A DNA stretch of 64,000 nt from Deltaproteobacteria bacterium (GTDB lineage: Bacteria > Bdellovibrionota_C > UBA2361 > JAGFJO01), in assembly GCA_024102635.1 (NCBI GenBank), contig JAGFJO010000078.1:848-64847 (forward strand), given 5' to 3'. Of this stretch, positions 26,807 to 35,044 are shown piece by piece. Both the position numbers and the translations under genes were made by a program. Numbering within the stretch: position 1 is the stretch's first letter; each line of letters opens with the position of its first letter. Under the pieces are notes generated by a model, which worked only from the letters and a program-made list of their open reading frames with translations, searched no databases and was not told where the DNA came from.

Positions 26807-28678
26807 CTATGGGCTCCTATAGTCAGTAAGATAAGAAGGTTTAAATGCAGTGCGCAGAGCATTGAGCACGGCGGCGATATCTATACCCTCCTGCAACAGC
26901 GCGCCGGCCAGCGGCGTTAAATAGCCGAATGCAGCAAATCCCATCCCGCCTACGCTTAGAATCATACCTCCTAGGGCACTTTGGAGCGCTATGCGCTTCA
27001 TGCGAAGCCCGATATGAAAAAATTCGTCAACCTTTTCCAGTGTAGAATCCATGATCACAGCATCAGCCGCGCTCAGCGTCACTTCGCTTCCCTGCCCGAA
27101 TGCAATTCCAACCGTGGCGAGATTTAGCGCGGGAGCGTCATTGATTCCATCTCCGATAAAAATCACATTCGATTTCTCCATCTGTGCGCGCACGATTCTT
27201 ACCTTGTCCTCGGGCTGCTGTTCGGCATAGATCTCGTGTATGCCCACCTGTTTTGCAAGATAGCGTACCTCAGGCTCACGATCTCCAGAGACCAGCATGA
27301 TGCGATCTACTTGATGCTTTTTTCCGAGATGGGCGATGAACGAGCGGCTCCCTGACCGGGCTACATCGCGGAACCTATAGGTCGCTGCATACTCTCCGTT
27401 CACTGTAATGACACACTCAAGCCCAGGCGCAACCGGTGGAAGCTCACTAAGCGAAAGCGGTTTCTCTTTCGCCAGGCGCTTGCGGCTTGTAACGCCGACA
27501 GTGAAATCTCCGACCACGCCATTAAGCCCCCGCCCCGGCTCTTCACTCAAAGAGCGCGCCTCTTTTAACTGCAAATTCTCTTTCCTAGCTGCCTGAATCA
27601 CCGCTTCTGCAAGAGGGTGCTTCGAGTACCGCTCCAGGCTGGCAGCGAGCTGCAAGATCTTCAATCGGTCTACACCCGGCCGCACAATCTGTTCGGTCAG
27701 CAGCGGACGGCCCGTAGTCAGTGTGCCGGTTTTATCAAGAATAATAGTACGGCACTGGCTCAGCACCTCAAGGGCTCCGGGATTTCTAATAATAATCCCC
27801 CTTTTGGCAGCGAGAGAGATCGCTCCTATTACAGCTACCGGGATGCCGATAATTAACGGACAGGGCGTGGCGACAACGAGAACAGCCAAAAATCGGGTGG
27901 CACTGCCACTCCATGCCCATGCAGCCGCAGCCACGGCCAGACAAAACGGCGTGTACCAGGCCCCTAGCTGATCACCAAGTCTTCTGATGCGAGGCTTATT
28001 GAGTTCGGTATCCTCGAAAACTTTGATGATCTGAGCGTAGCGAGAATCACGAAAAGGACGGACGGCTTTTATAGTGATTGAGTGGGAACCGTTGACCGCG
28101 CCCGAGATGACGTACGAGCCCGGCGCCTTGGAGATCTCATAAGGCTCACCGGTTAGATAAGATTCATCCATGTGCCCGTGCCCCTCAATCACGGTGCCAT
28201 CAACCGGGCAGATCTCATGGGGCAAAATAATCAGCTCATCTCCTACCTCAATCTCCCCTGTTTGAATTAGCTGCGGCTCACTTCCAGGCGTTCTTCTATG
28301 GGCGTGAGACGGTATACGTTTGCTCAACTCGCGCAGCACCGAAGACGCCTGATTGAGGGCATAACCTTCCAGCGCCTCTCCGCCGGACAACATCAAGATT
28401 ACGATGCTGCCGGCAAGGTATTCGCCCAAGATGACGGAAACACAGATTGATATACCGGCCAAAAGGTCGGAGCCGAACTTGCGATTGAATAGATCCTTAA
28501 GAAGGTCCCATATCAGGGGCACCCCTCCGAATATAAAGATTGCAAATAACGCCGGGCGTGCCTTTTCGGGGGAGAACTCAAATACCAGCCGTAACACGGC
28601 ATACAGTACGAGGAGCGCGACCGTTCCTATCGCTATGTATAGATTGCGCTTCGGCGGTATGCTGCGCAGTAATGGCAT
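26807..28678 (-). CDS. P1B-type heavy-metal P-type ATPase lacking N-terminal metal-binding domain (P1B-4-like, TM motif TPC instead of CPC/SPC)
   Basis: DKTGTLT phosphorylation motif, GDGINDAPAL, and the TPCPL motif in a TM helix. The N-terminus has no CxxC motif. Size 623 aa. Confidence 0.8.
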   Translation of the reverse strand: MPLLRSIPPKRNLYIAIGTVALLVLYAVLRLVFEFSPEKARPALFAIFIFGGVPLIWDLLKDLFNRKFGSDLLAGISICVSVILGEYLAGSIVILMLSGGEALEGYALNQASSVLRELSKRIPSHAHRRTPGSEPQLIQTGEIEVGDELIILPHEICPVDGTVIEGHGHMDESYLTGEPYEISKAPGSYVISGAVNGSHSITIKAVRPFRDSRYAQIIKVFEDTELNKPRIRRLGDQLGAWYTPFCLAVAAAAWAWSGSATRFLAVLVVATPCPLIIGIPVAVIGAISLAAKRGIIIRNPGALEVLSQCRTIILDKTGTLTTGRPLLTEQIVRPGVDRLKILQLAASLERYSKHPLAEAVIQAARKENLQLKEARSLSEEPGRGLNGVVGDFTVGVTSRKRLAKEKPLSLSELPPVAPGLECVITVNGEYAATYRFRDVARSGSRSFIAHLGKKHQVDRIMLVSGDREPEVRYLAKQVGIHEIYAEQQPEDKVRIVRAQMEKSNVIFIGDGINDAPALNLATVGIAFGQGSEVTLSAADAVIMDSTLEKVDEFFHIGLRMKRIALQSALGGMILSVGGMGFAAFGYLTPLAGALLQEGIDIAAVLNALRTAFKPSYLTDYRSP

Positions 28679-28757
28679 GTTAACTTTTCACCAAAGTGGT
28701 AATCTTCAATCTCTTGAACTTAACCGCATAACCTAGGCTCTGCCGAGTTAAATAAGA

Positions 28758-29468
28758 ATGTCTGAGCCATATCGCTCATACCTTAATATTAAACGTAATT
28801 TTTTCACAGGGCGCTTCGAGAGCGTTTACGATCTTCATTACTCCGCGGCGCTCACGCAAGATACTGCACTTCAGCTCGCGCATCTGCTGCTGGAGAGCGT
28901 AGTCCCCAAAGAAGCATTAAAGGAGCGGGAATTGCTGGATCTTAAAGGGCGTGATCGCAATAACACTATTAGTGCCGCAAGTTTCAAAAGCCAGTTCGAA
29001 AATGAGCTTTTTTATTTGTCCGGCTCGTATGACATAGAACAGGGCGATGATCTAGAGCCGTTACAACATGAGTTCTCCGCTGCTCTCATAACTCCGTTCT
29101 TATCGTTCGAGGGAGCAGCGCATATCAAGCACCGCTGCGAGAGCGTATTCAGCGGCACTCCTCCTGAGGGGTTTGCGCTGAAGAGAGTCAAAGATTTCCC
29201 GGAAGTAGGTGTTAGGACTGTCAGATTGGGCTTGGACCTCTATCAGCCGCACGCCTTCGGATTTATAGGTTTCGCTCCTATCGTCACACAAACGGTATTA
29301 CTGGATTTTAATTCCTCCTCGCTGCAGATGCGGATAACGGCGCGAAATCTGAAAGCAAGAGATCAATTACCGCTCCAACGGCGAGACCTTCTAACCGCGC
29401 TTAACTCGGTATTTAAGCAGCTGTTGCGGATCGATATCATCGAGAACTATGTCTCGCTAATTAGATAG
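28758..29468 (+). CDS. Hypothetical protein
   Basis: Long ORF with coding-like composition. No recognisable motif. Confidence 0.4.
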   Translation: MSEPYRSYLNIKRNFFTGRFESVYDLHYSAALTQDTALQLAHLLLESVVPKEALKERELLDLKGRDRNNTISAASFKSQFENELFYLSGSYDIEQGDDLEPLQHEFSAALITPFLSFEGAAHIKHRCESVFSGTPPEGFALKRVKDFPEVGVRTVRLGLDLYQPHAFGFIGFAPIVTQTVLLDFNSSSLQMRITARNLKARDQLPLQRRDLLTALNSVFKQLLRIDIIENYVSLIR

Positions 29469-29499
29469 GGTTGAACGATATATACCTAAGGGCTGCACT

Positions 29500-29781
29500 T
29501 TAGCGCACTATTTGAGTTAGCTGACTGAGCTTAAAACCGCTTACATTTTCATACACTTTCTTATAATCGATCTGACAGGCGCCGAAGGATACCACCGTGC
29601 ATATTACCGCCACATGAAACAGCCGAGTGAATGTCTCGGAGCGATCCCAACGCGAAGCTTTTCCGAGTTGCGAGCCCTCCACTCGCTCCGGTCCCCATGC
29701 TTTCTGCCACTCTCCTTTTGAGCTGTATGAATAGCTCCAGTTCGGCTCACTCATCTTTATTGCTCTCTCTGCGTTTTTCAT
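29500..29781 (-). CDS. Small hypothetical protein (93 aa) with one hydrophobic segment
   Basis: A strong SD (AGGAGGA) lies 6 nt upstream of the ATG at 29781. Confidence 0.5.
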   Translation of the reverse strand: MKNAERAIKMSEPNWSYSYSSKGEWQKAWGPERVEGSQLGKASRWDRSETFTRLFHVAVICTVVSFGACQIDYKKVYENVSGFKLSQLTQIVR

Positions 29782-30233
29782 TGTATCCTCCTGCGTGCGC
29801 CATTCGTTTCTGTTGCCTGTGTATTTTACACATTATATACATAATAGGCTAAAATCGCTCGCTAAGCAAGGAGGCTCAAATCTAAGGTAAAAAGCTGCTA
29901 ATAAGCTGATTACTATATAGTTTTGTGGCGGCCTTTAGGATCGCTTGCAAACTTTAATTATACTGTGATAAACGCCCATTTTTAGCATCAAGGGCAGTTG
30001 CCGCTGTGAATGTTTCGTTTCCATTTCTTTGTTCGGTGATACGATTCGCGATGCATATATTGGGAAACGCATTTAGACCCGCATACAGACTTAATGTCCA
30101 TTAACATAGAGCCCGCCGCGCCTAAGAGCATGTCTCCTTACGGGCACAGGCCCCCGAGGACGGACCTACAGCGGCCCATTACCTGCGGCTGTTTTTATCT
30201 TGAAATGATTTGTGAGGCGAAAGAAAAGAACTC

Positions 30234-30728
30234 TTATTTTGTCACCGTTCCGAGTTTCATTCCAGCATGAAACCGCACCGGCGCTTGGTCAAAAAGGGTC
30301 TGATGGCTGCCATCAGATATCACTCCCCTCCCGAAGGTAAGCGTGAAAGTAGTGCTGCAAACCGCTGCTCCGCTTGCGTCCACCGTGAAGCACTCCTTTG
30401 GGATCTCGAGAGCTTCACTAGTAAGAGGGCTTACCGTAAGACTAGTATTATAAGGAAACTCACCGCTAACCTCAGGTCCCATAGTTACGGTGGCATGAAG
30501 CGATATCGGATTTAGCTTCGGCTCGCTCTCAATGGCACTAGGCTGAGGCTTACCCTTTGCCGGTTGAGTGACGGCTTCACCCTTAGAGCGTTCAGCCTTA
30601 TTGTCCTGACGTGAAATTGCAAAAGACTCAGCGCCGATTTCAAATACAATGTCTTGCTGTTCGGCGCTTTCAAGTAATGCTGATGTGGCAGCGGAAACTT
30701 TGGGGCCTTGAGAAGTAGTAACTGACAT
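30234..30728 (-). CDS. Hypothetical protein (Ser/Thr/Ala-rich N-terminal half)
   Basis: ORF with an internal ATG at ~30728 preceded by AGGTG. The ORF-track start at 30770 is a non-ATG codon. Confidence 0.4.
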   Translation of the reverse strand: MSVTTSQGPKVSAATSALLESAEQQDIVFEIGAESFAISRQDNKAERSKGEAVTQPAKGKPQPSAIESEPKLNPISLHATVTMGPEVSGEFPYNTSLTVSPLTSEALEIPKECFTVDASGAAVCSTTFTLTFGRGVISDGSHQTLFDQAPVRFHAGMKLGTVTK

Positions 30729-30882
30729 ATGACACCTAAAGAAAACCTTTATGCCGACAGAACGGCTCAAAAACGTTATGAATCACCTGTAAAGACGCGT
30801 TGCATAACCCTAAGTGCCTAGACCTAGAAAACGGCTTCCAGCTCTAGTCGTTTCAGCGAGTTAGCGCCGCCAAGCGGCCAAA

Positions 30883-32268
30883 GTGTTTTATCGAGGTTTC
30901 AAATTGGCAAAGAGCGCCGAGAAAACATTAGCAGCACCTAAATTAGACCACAATTTTGTGGCGGTATTGCGGTTTATCTGGCGCTCAATAAAGCTAGCGC
31001 TTCGATTTCTGCGCTTTTTGTTCGACAAATTCTTGGCTCTCATGGGATATGAAAAGCGGCAGCAAAAGGTTGCAGCCGCTGCTGATGATGAAGTCCCGCT
31101 CTATCGCAATGCCTCGCTTGATACCCGCTCATTTCAAAGTTTCGGCTCCATAAGGTGGGTTAGCGACCTATCTCTGCGCCAGATAGTCGAGAACAGCCGG
31201 TTCGACAATGAGGCAAAGTCTCTTCGAATCGGATACGAATGCGAAGGCAAGGAGGTGGTTTACGAGTTCCCGCTTTATGGAGATTTACAGCAGCACGAGC
31301 TGGATCTCGTGGGAGATGTGCTAGCCACTGTTTTTGAGGAGCGAAAACAATCGACTAATCCGATCAAAGCGCTGCATTTTGTAGAGGATTTGGGCCGCTT
31401 CCTCAATGCCCACGGCGCACCTGAGTCGAAGGTTCCGGGCTTCACCTTGGATGAGAAAGGGAATGCTGTAGTGCTGCAAGATGCCGCTTTTGACGAGGAG
31501 CTGTGCTACCGGATTTTTGATGCCATCATGCAAGACTTGGAGATCCGGGAGAGAACAGTATCTCGCGCCAGGGATGCATTATGGAATCAGCGCGATGCGA
31601 TCTTCAAAAGATTAAAGGGACTGCGCGACTTTACCCCACCAACGGCGCGCTATGTATACGGGACCTTCAAGGGACGACATATCATCGACCTTGACTCTGA
31701 AATAGCAGGTGGAATTTTTCTTAGTTGGCCGGCTAAGGAGGCGATCTCCATTGATCCGCAAGGGGAGTCGCTCAATACCGCCTACCGCAAGCTGTTGGCT
31801 GAGATACGCCGCATTACCGAACCACTTGGGCTGGGCTTTGAAGAGAAGATAATGGCTCTCTCGATTAAGGTCGCTCATGCCTCGCTACCCATGAACTCAA
31901 ATGAAGCGTTAAGGCAGCTGCGTGATTCAAACAGGTTGGTGGTAGATGAAGATGTGCCGCTAGACTTTTTTGTTGCGGCAGAGACCGGAGATTCAGAGCA
32001 CCTATCACTTCTTATTGCATTCATGCTTGAGAAATTATCAAAGGAGATGCCGGATTACTTGAAGGGTAAGGTGTCTATAGACCGCAACTGGTTTCCGGGC
32101 GAAAGCCACTGCTGGGTAAGGTATGCACATGCAAAGGATCAGGTGTACATAATAGATGCACGAAAAAACCTGGTAGGAAGGCTTGATGACTATTCTGAAG
32201 AGAGGTGGTCCTACGAGAGGCCATCTGATCTTAGTGCTCCAAGGAAAACCAGGCCGATTACCCTATAG
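30883..32268 (+). CDS. Hypothetical protein with an N-terminal amphipathic/hydrophobic helix and a C-terminal transglutaminase-like (papain-fold) domain in which the nucleophile position holds Ser
   Basis: TGDSEHLSLLIAFML resembles G-x-C-E-H-F-A-x-L-F. HCWVRYAHAKDQVYIIDA resembles H-A-W-x-E-V-Y...D. The Ser-His spacing is ~38 aa and the His-Asp spacing ~16 aa. Confidence 0.4.
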   Translation: MFYRGFKLAKSAEKTLAAPKLDHNFVAVLRFIWRSIKLALRFLRFLFDKFLALMGYEKRQQKVAAAADDEVPLYRNASLDTRSFQSFGSIRWVSDLSLRQIVENSRFDNEAKSLRIGYECEGKEVVYEFPLYGDLQQHELDLVGDVLATVFEERKQSTNPIKALHFVEDLGRFLNAHGAPESKVPGFTLDEKGNAVVLQDAAFDEELCYRIFDAIMQDLEIRERTVSRARDALWNQRDAIFKRLKGLRDFTPPTARYVYGTFKGRHIIDLDSEIAGGIFLSWPAKEAISIDPQGESLNTAYRKLLAEIRRITEPLGLGFEEKIMALSIKVAHASLPMNSNEALRQLRDSNRLVVDEDVPLDFFVAAETGDSEHLSLLIAFMLEKLSKEMPDYLKGKVSIDRNWFPGESHCWVRYAHAKDQVYIIDARKNLVGRLDDYSEERWSYERPSDLSAPRKTRPITL

Positions 32269-32273
32269 CCCAT

Positions 32274-32591
32274 TTAATGGGAAGGTAGACTACTGCTCTC
32301 GCGCGAAGCAGTATTAAGCGCGGCAAGCATCCGTTTATTAATTGATATGGCGGAGGCGCTCATCTTTCTTATAGCCGCACAGATGTTAGCGATTTCGTTT
32401 TGGATGCTGCGAAGACGGGAAGATTCCCAGTCACTAAGCTCTCTCTCTATAGCCTTGGAATCCAAGTGACTCTTCTCGCGCTCAAGCTGATCGATTTCAG
32501 ACCTGAGAAGCTGCAATGACCAGTCGCGGTGATTTCTATCTTTCATTTCGCTAAGGAAGTCCATTGTTATCACCCTAAAAGCCACCATCAC
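32274..32591 (-). CDS. Small coiled-coil hypothetical protein
   Basis: Heptad-like, charged sequence (LRSEIDQLEREKSHLDSKAIERELSDWESSRL). Confidence 0.35.
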   Translation of the reverse strand: MMVAFRVITMDFLSEMKDRNHRDWSLQLLRSEIDQLEREKSHLDSKAIERELSDWESSRLRSIQNEIANICAAIRKMSASAISINKRMLAALNTASRESSSLPSH

Positions 32592-32862
32592 TTCCTTGCG
32601 CTCATAGAAAGAATCTGCCCGGGCCCGACGTCTGCTTCAGGTCAGAAAAAAAATAAGAATCTCAATTAAGAATTTTTCGTAAAATCGAGTGGTGAGGACG
32701 AATAGTGCGCCTTAAAGCCGCCGTAAGTGCATGGATACACTCAAAACAGATCGGGAGCGTATCGACTGGTCCGGTCTGGAAGAATCTTGGGGACCTTTCC
32801 GCTTGCCCTAAGAAGGTCCGGCCGGAAGTAAATGGCTTTTGCCTACCGGGGAGAGTAAGGTG

Positions 32863-33288
32863 CTACGGGCAGGTTACCGCGCCGCTAGAGGCCCTTTTAA
32901 ACTCCATCCTGACCCGCTCTTCACCTGCCGGACTTACAAGGGAGCTGCATGAAGAGAGCCCTTTTTCCGTGAAGAATATAAAGTCGACCTGCTCTCCGGA
33001 GGCGATCTCAACATGGAGAGAGAAACGCCCGTCCGCCCCGGTTACGGCGGTCTCTTCACCTGCTCTAGTGCGGGCATTTACTTTCACTCCCTTTAGCGGA
33101 GCGCCGCTGCTAGCAAGCAGCCGCCCTTCGATTACAAAGGCCAGATTGCTGCCTTTAGGAGTGACATCTCCGTAGGAGAGCCCGGTGCCCATTGTGCCAC
33201 CACCTAATGAGCAGCCCTGAAAAGACAAGATAAAGAACGCTACTGCGACAGTTCTCGAAATCAGATTGATTCGGCCTTCTTTACTCAT
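32863..33288 (-). CDS. Small lipoprotein-like secreted protein with CarboxypepD_reg-like domain
   Basis: A strong SD (AGGAGAG) lies 7 nt upstream of the Met at ~33288. Signal sequence LSFQGCS. GADGRFSLHVE motif. Confidence 0.5.
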   Translation of the reverse strand: MSKEGRINLISRTVAVAFFILSFQGCSLGGGTMGTGLSYGDVTPKGSNLAFVIEGRLLASSGAPLKGVKVNARTRAGEETAVTGADGRFSLHVEIASGEQVDFIFFTEKGLSSCSSLVSPAGEERVRMEFKRASSGAVTCP

Positions 33289-34090
33289 CGCTTTCTCTCC
33301 TAATTGCAAGTGAATACGTACCAAGCACTACCCGGGCCCCTCCATCTTTTTTAATGTGGGGATTAATATCTTTGTCAAAGCGTGAGAGGTAGTTTCTCGC
33401 CTTTTGATGAAAAGCCGAGCCCTCTTTTAAAAGCCATTCGCGGATCTTTGGAAGGTCATCAACAAAGATGTTATCGTACTCCGTTCTGGCATGCAGATTA
33501 GGGGTCTCCGCCGAACCGAAGACGTTTTCATCTGCTGCGTTTATAAGGTCTGCCAAGTCAGCGCCTAGAATCTGATAGCCCTTTTCGGGGTCGCCGCGGG
33601 CACTTTCGTAGCGCGCTTTAACCCGCACTCCTCCCCTCACATGCTCTACTACCCCAAGGCGCTCCAGCTCATGAAGAATGGTGCCGGGATGAAGGTCTTT
33701 GCTCACGAGTTTCACCAGCTCAGCAAACTCTGAATCCTCACCATCTACTGTAAGAACTCTAGGCACACCAGCCTTTGTAGTGAAGCGGCTATCTTGCTCC
33801 CACTGCCCAATGATGCGGCTTGTGAGCCCTGCCGGGCGATCGGGGATCTCATCACTGGCCAGAATCCGCATCACATCTCTGCGATGCATTCCGGTCATGA
33901 TGCTAAGCTTGCTTACGTTTGGCTTTTCACCTCCCGCCTCCAACTCCTCTTTTGCAACTGAGATAAGAACGAATTTGAGCGACTCTACCAAGTCTTGAAT
34001 GTTGATAGCCCGCTGCAAAGAAAACCTCGCTATCGGCCTCAGCACAAGGCGCAAGCATTTCAGTGTTAGGCGGGTCAGCGTATCTACCAT
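33281..34090 (-). CDS. Hypothetical protein with N-terminal HTH-like segment
   Basis: VSKLSIMTGMHRRDVMRIL resembles an HTH recognition helix region. Nothing else is recognisable. Confidence 0.35.
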   Translation of the reverse strand: MVDTLTRLTLKCLRLVLRPIARFSLQRAINIQDLVESLKFVLISVAKEELEAGGEKPNVSKLSIMTGMHRRDVMRILASDEIPDRPAGLTSRIIGQWEQDSRFTTKAGVPRVLTVDGEDSEFAELVKLVSKDLHPGTILHELERLGVVEHVRGGVRVKARYESARGDPEKGYQILGADLADLINAADENVFGSAETPNLHARTEYDNIFVDDLPKIREWLLKEGSAFHQKARNYLSRFDKDINPHIKKDGGARVVLGTYSLAIRRESDE

Positions 34091-34147
34091 ATCAATGTGT
34101 AAGCGTCACAGTACCATTGTATTGTTATCTAGCTCTCTGAGCAAGCC

Positions 34148-34345
34148 TCAGCTCGTCTGAACCCATCGGCCAAACGCAGCAATCTGTCCCTCCACGGCCT
34201 TTTTTCGCGCCATAAGAAGATCCTGCCTTCTATATAACACCTTTAAAACTCTGAGGTTTTGCCGCTGCAAATGACGGCAAGTAGGATTAGCTGATGGCCC
34301 GGCTCCGATAATGTAGGAAACAATTTTCGAGACTTTCATAGACAC
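34148..34345 (-). CDS. Small hypothetical protein (65 aa)
   Basis: A strong SD (AAGGAGAG) lies 6 nt upstream of the ATG. A ~90-nt CU-rich leader precedes it. Confidence 0.4.
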   Translation of the reverse strand: MSMKVSKIVSYIIGAGPSANPTCRHLQRQNLRVLKVLYRRQDLLMARKKAVEGQIAAFGRWVQTS

Positions 34346-34593
34346 TCTCCTTGGCAGCCTAACAAAATAGCTGCCTGTGTAATATACACATTATCATATC
34401 ACATGAAGCAAAGCAAGTGCTTCAGTTGCGTCGCAAGTGGGTGAATAGGTAAGAGAATTTGGAATTCGAAGAAGGAGTTGGAATAAGTGCAAGTGAGATG
34501 ATTAGGACGAGGAATAGGAGGACGAAAACTCTTCCTCCTGCACCTCATCTTGATCCTCTTACTAATCCTCGTCGAGTTATTTGGACCACTATG

Positions 34594-35016
34594 TTAGGCC
34601 CCTATAATTTTAATAAGTACTCTCTTCTCTCTTTTCCCATCAAACTCACCGTAGAAGATCTGCTCCCAGGGGCCGAAATCGAGTTTGCCATTCGTCACCG
34701 CTACGACAACCTCCCGCCCCATGATCTGCCTTTTCATATGAGCATCGGCATTATCCTCTCCTGTGCGGTTATGGCTATAACGTTTGGGACTAGCGTCGAA
34801 GGGAGCCAGTCCCTCAAGCCAAACCTTATAATCCTCGTGTAATCCGCTCTCGTCATCATTGATGAAAACGCTGGCTGTGATGTGCATGGCATTTACTAGG
34901 CAGAGCCCTTCACGGATTCCGCTTTCTCGTAGCGCTTCCTCAACCTGCGGAGTGATATTCTTAAAGCCCATGCGCGCCGGAATGTTAAACTTAAGATGCT
35001 TTGTGTAGCTATTCAT
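34594..35016 (-). CDS. yjbQ: YjbQ/UPF0047 family protein (secondary thiamine-phosphate synthase-like)
   Basis: Size 140 aa. Motifs [31 protein letters not shown] and [19 protein letters not shown] match the YjbQ family. Confidence 0.75.
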   Translation of the reverse strand: MNSYTKHLKFNIPARMGFKNITPQVEEALRESGIREGLCLVNAMHITASVFINDDESGLHEDYKVWLEGLAPFDASPKRYSHNRTGEDNADAHMKRQIMGREVVVAVTNGKLDFGPWEQIFYGEFDGKREKRVLIKIIGA

Positions 35017-35044
35017 TGATCCCTCCTTCTTGCTCGCAAAGCGT

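Noticed and set aside
34459-34842. 127-aa + strand ORF
   Set aside because: It is antisense to yjbQ. Its first third falls in the polypurine tract.
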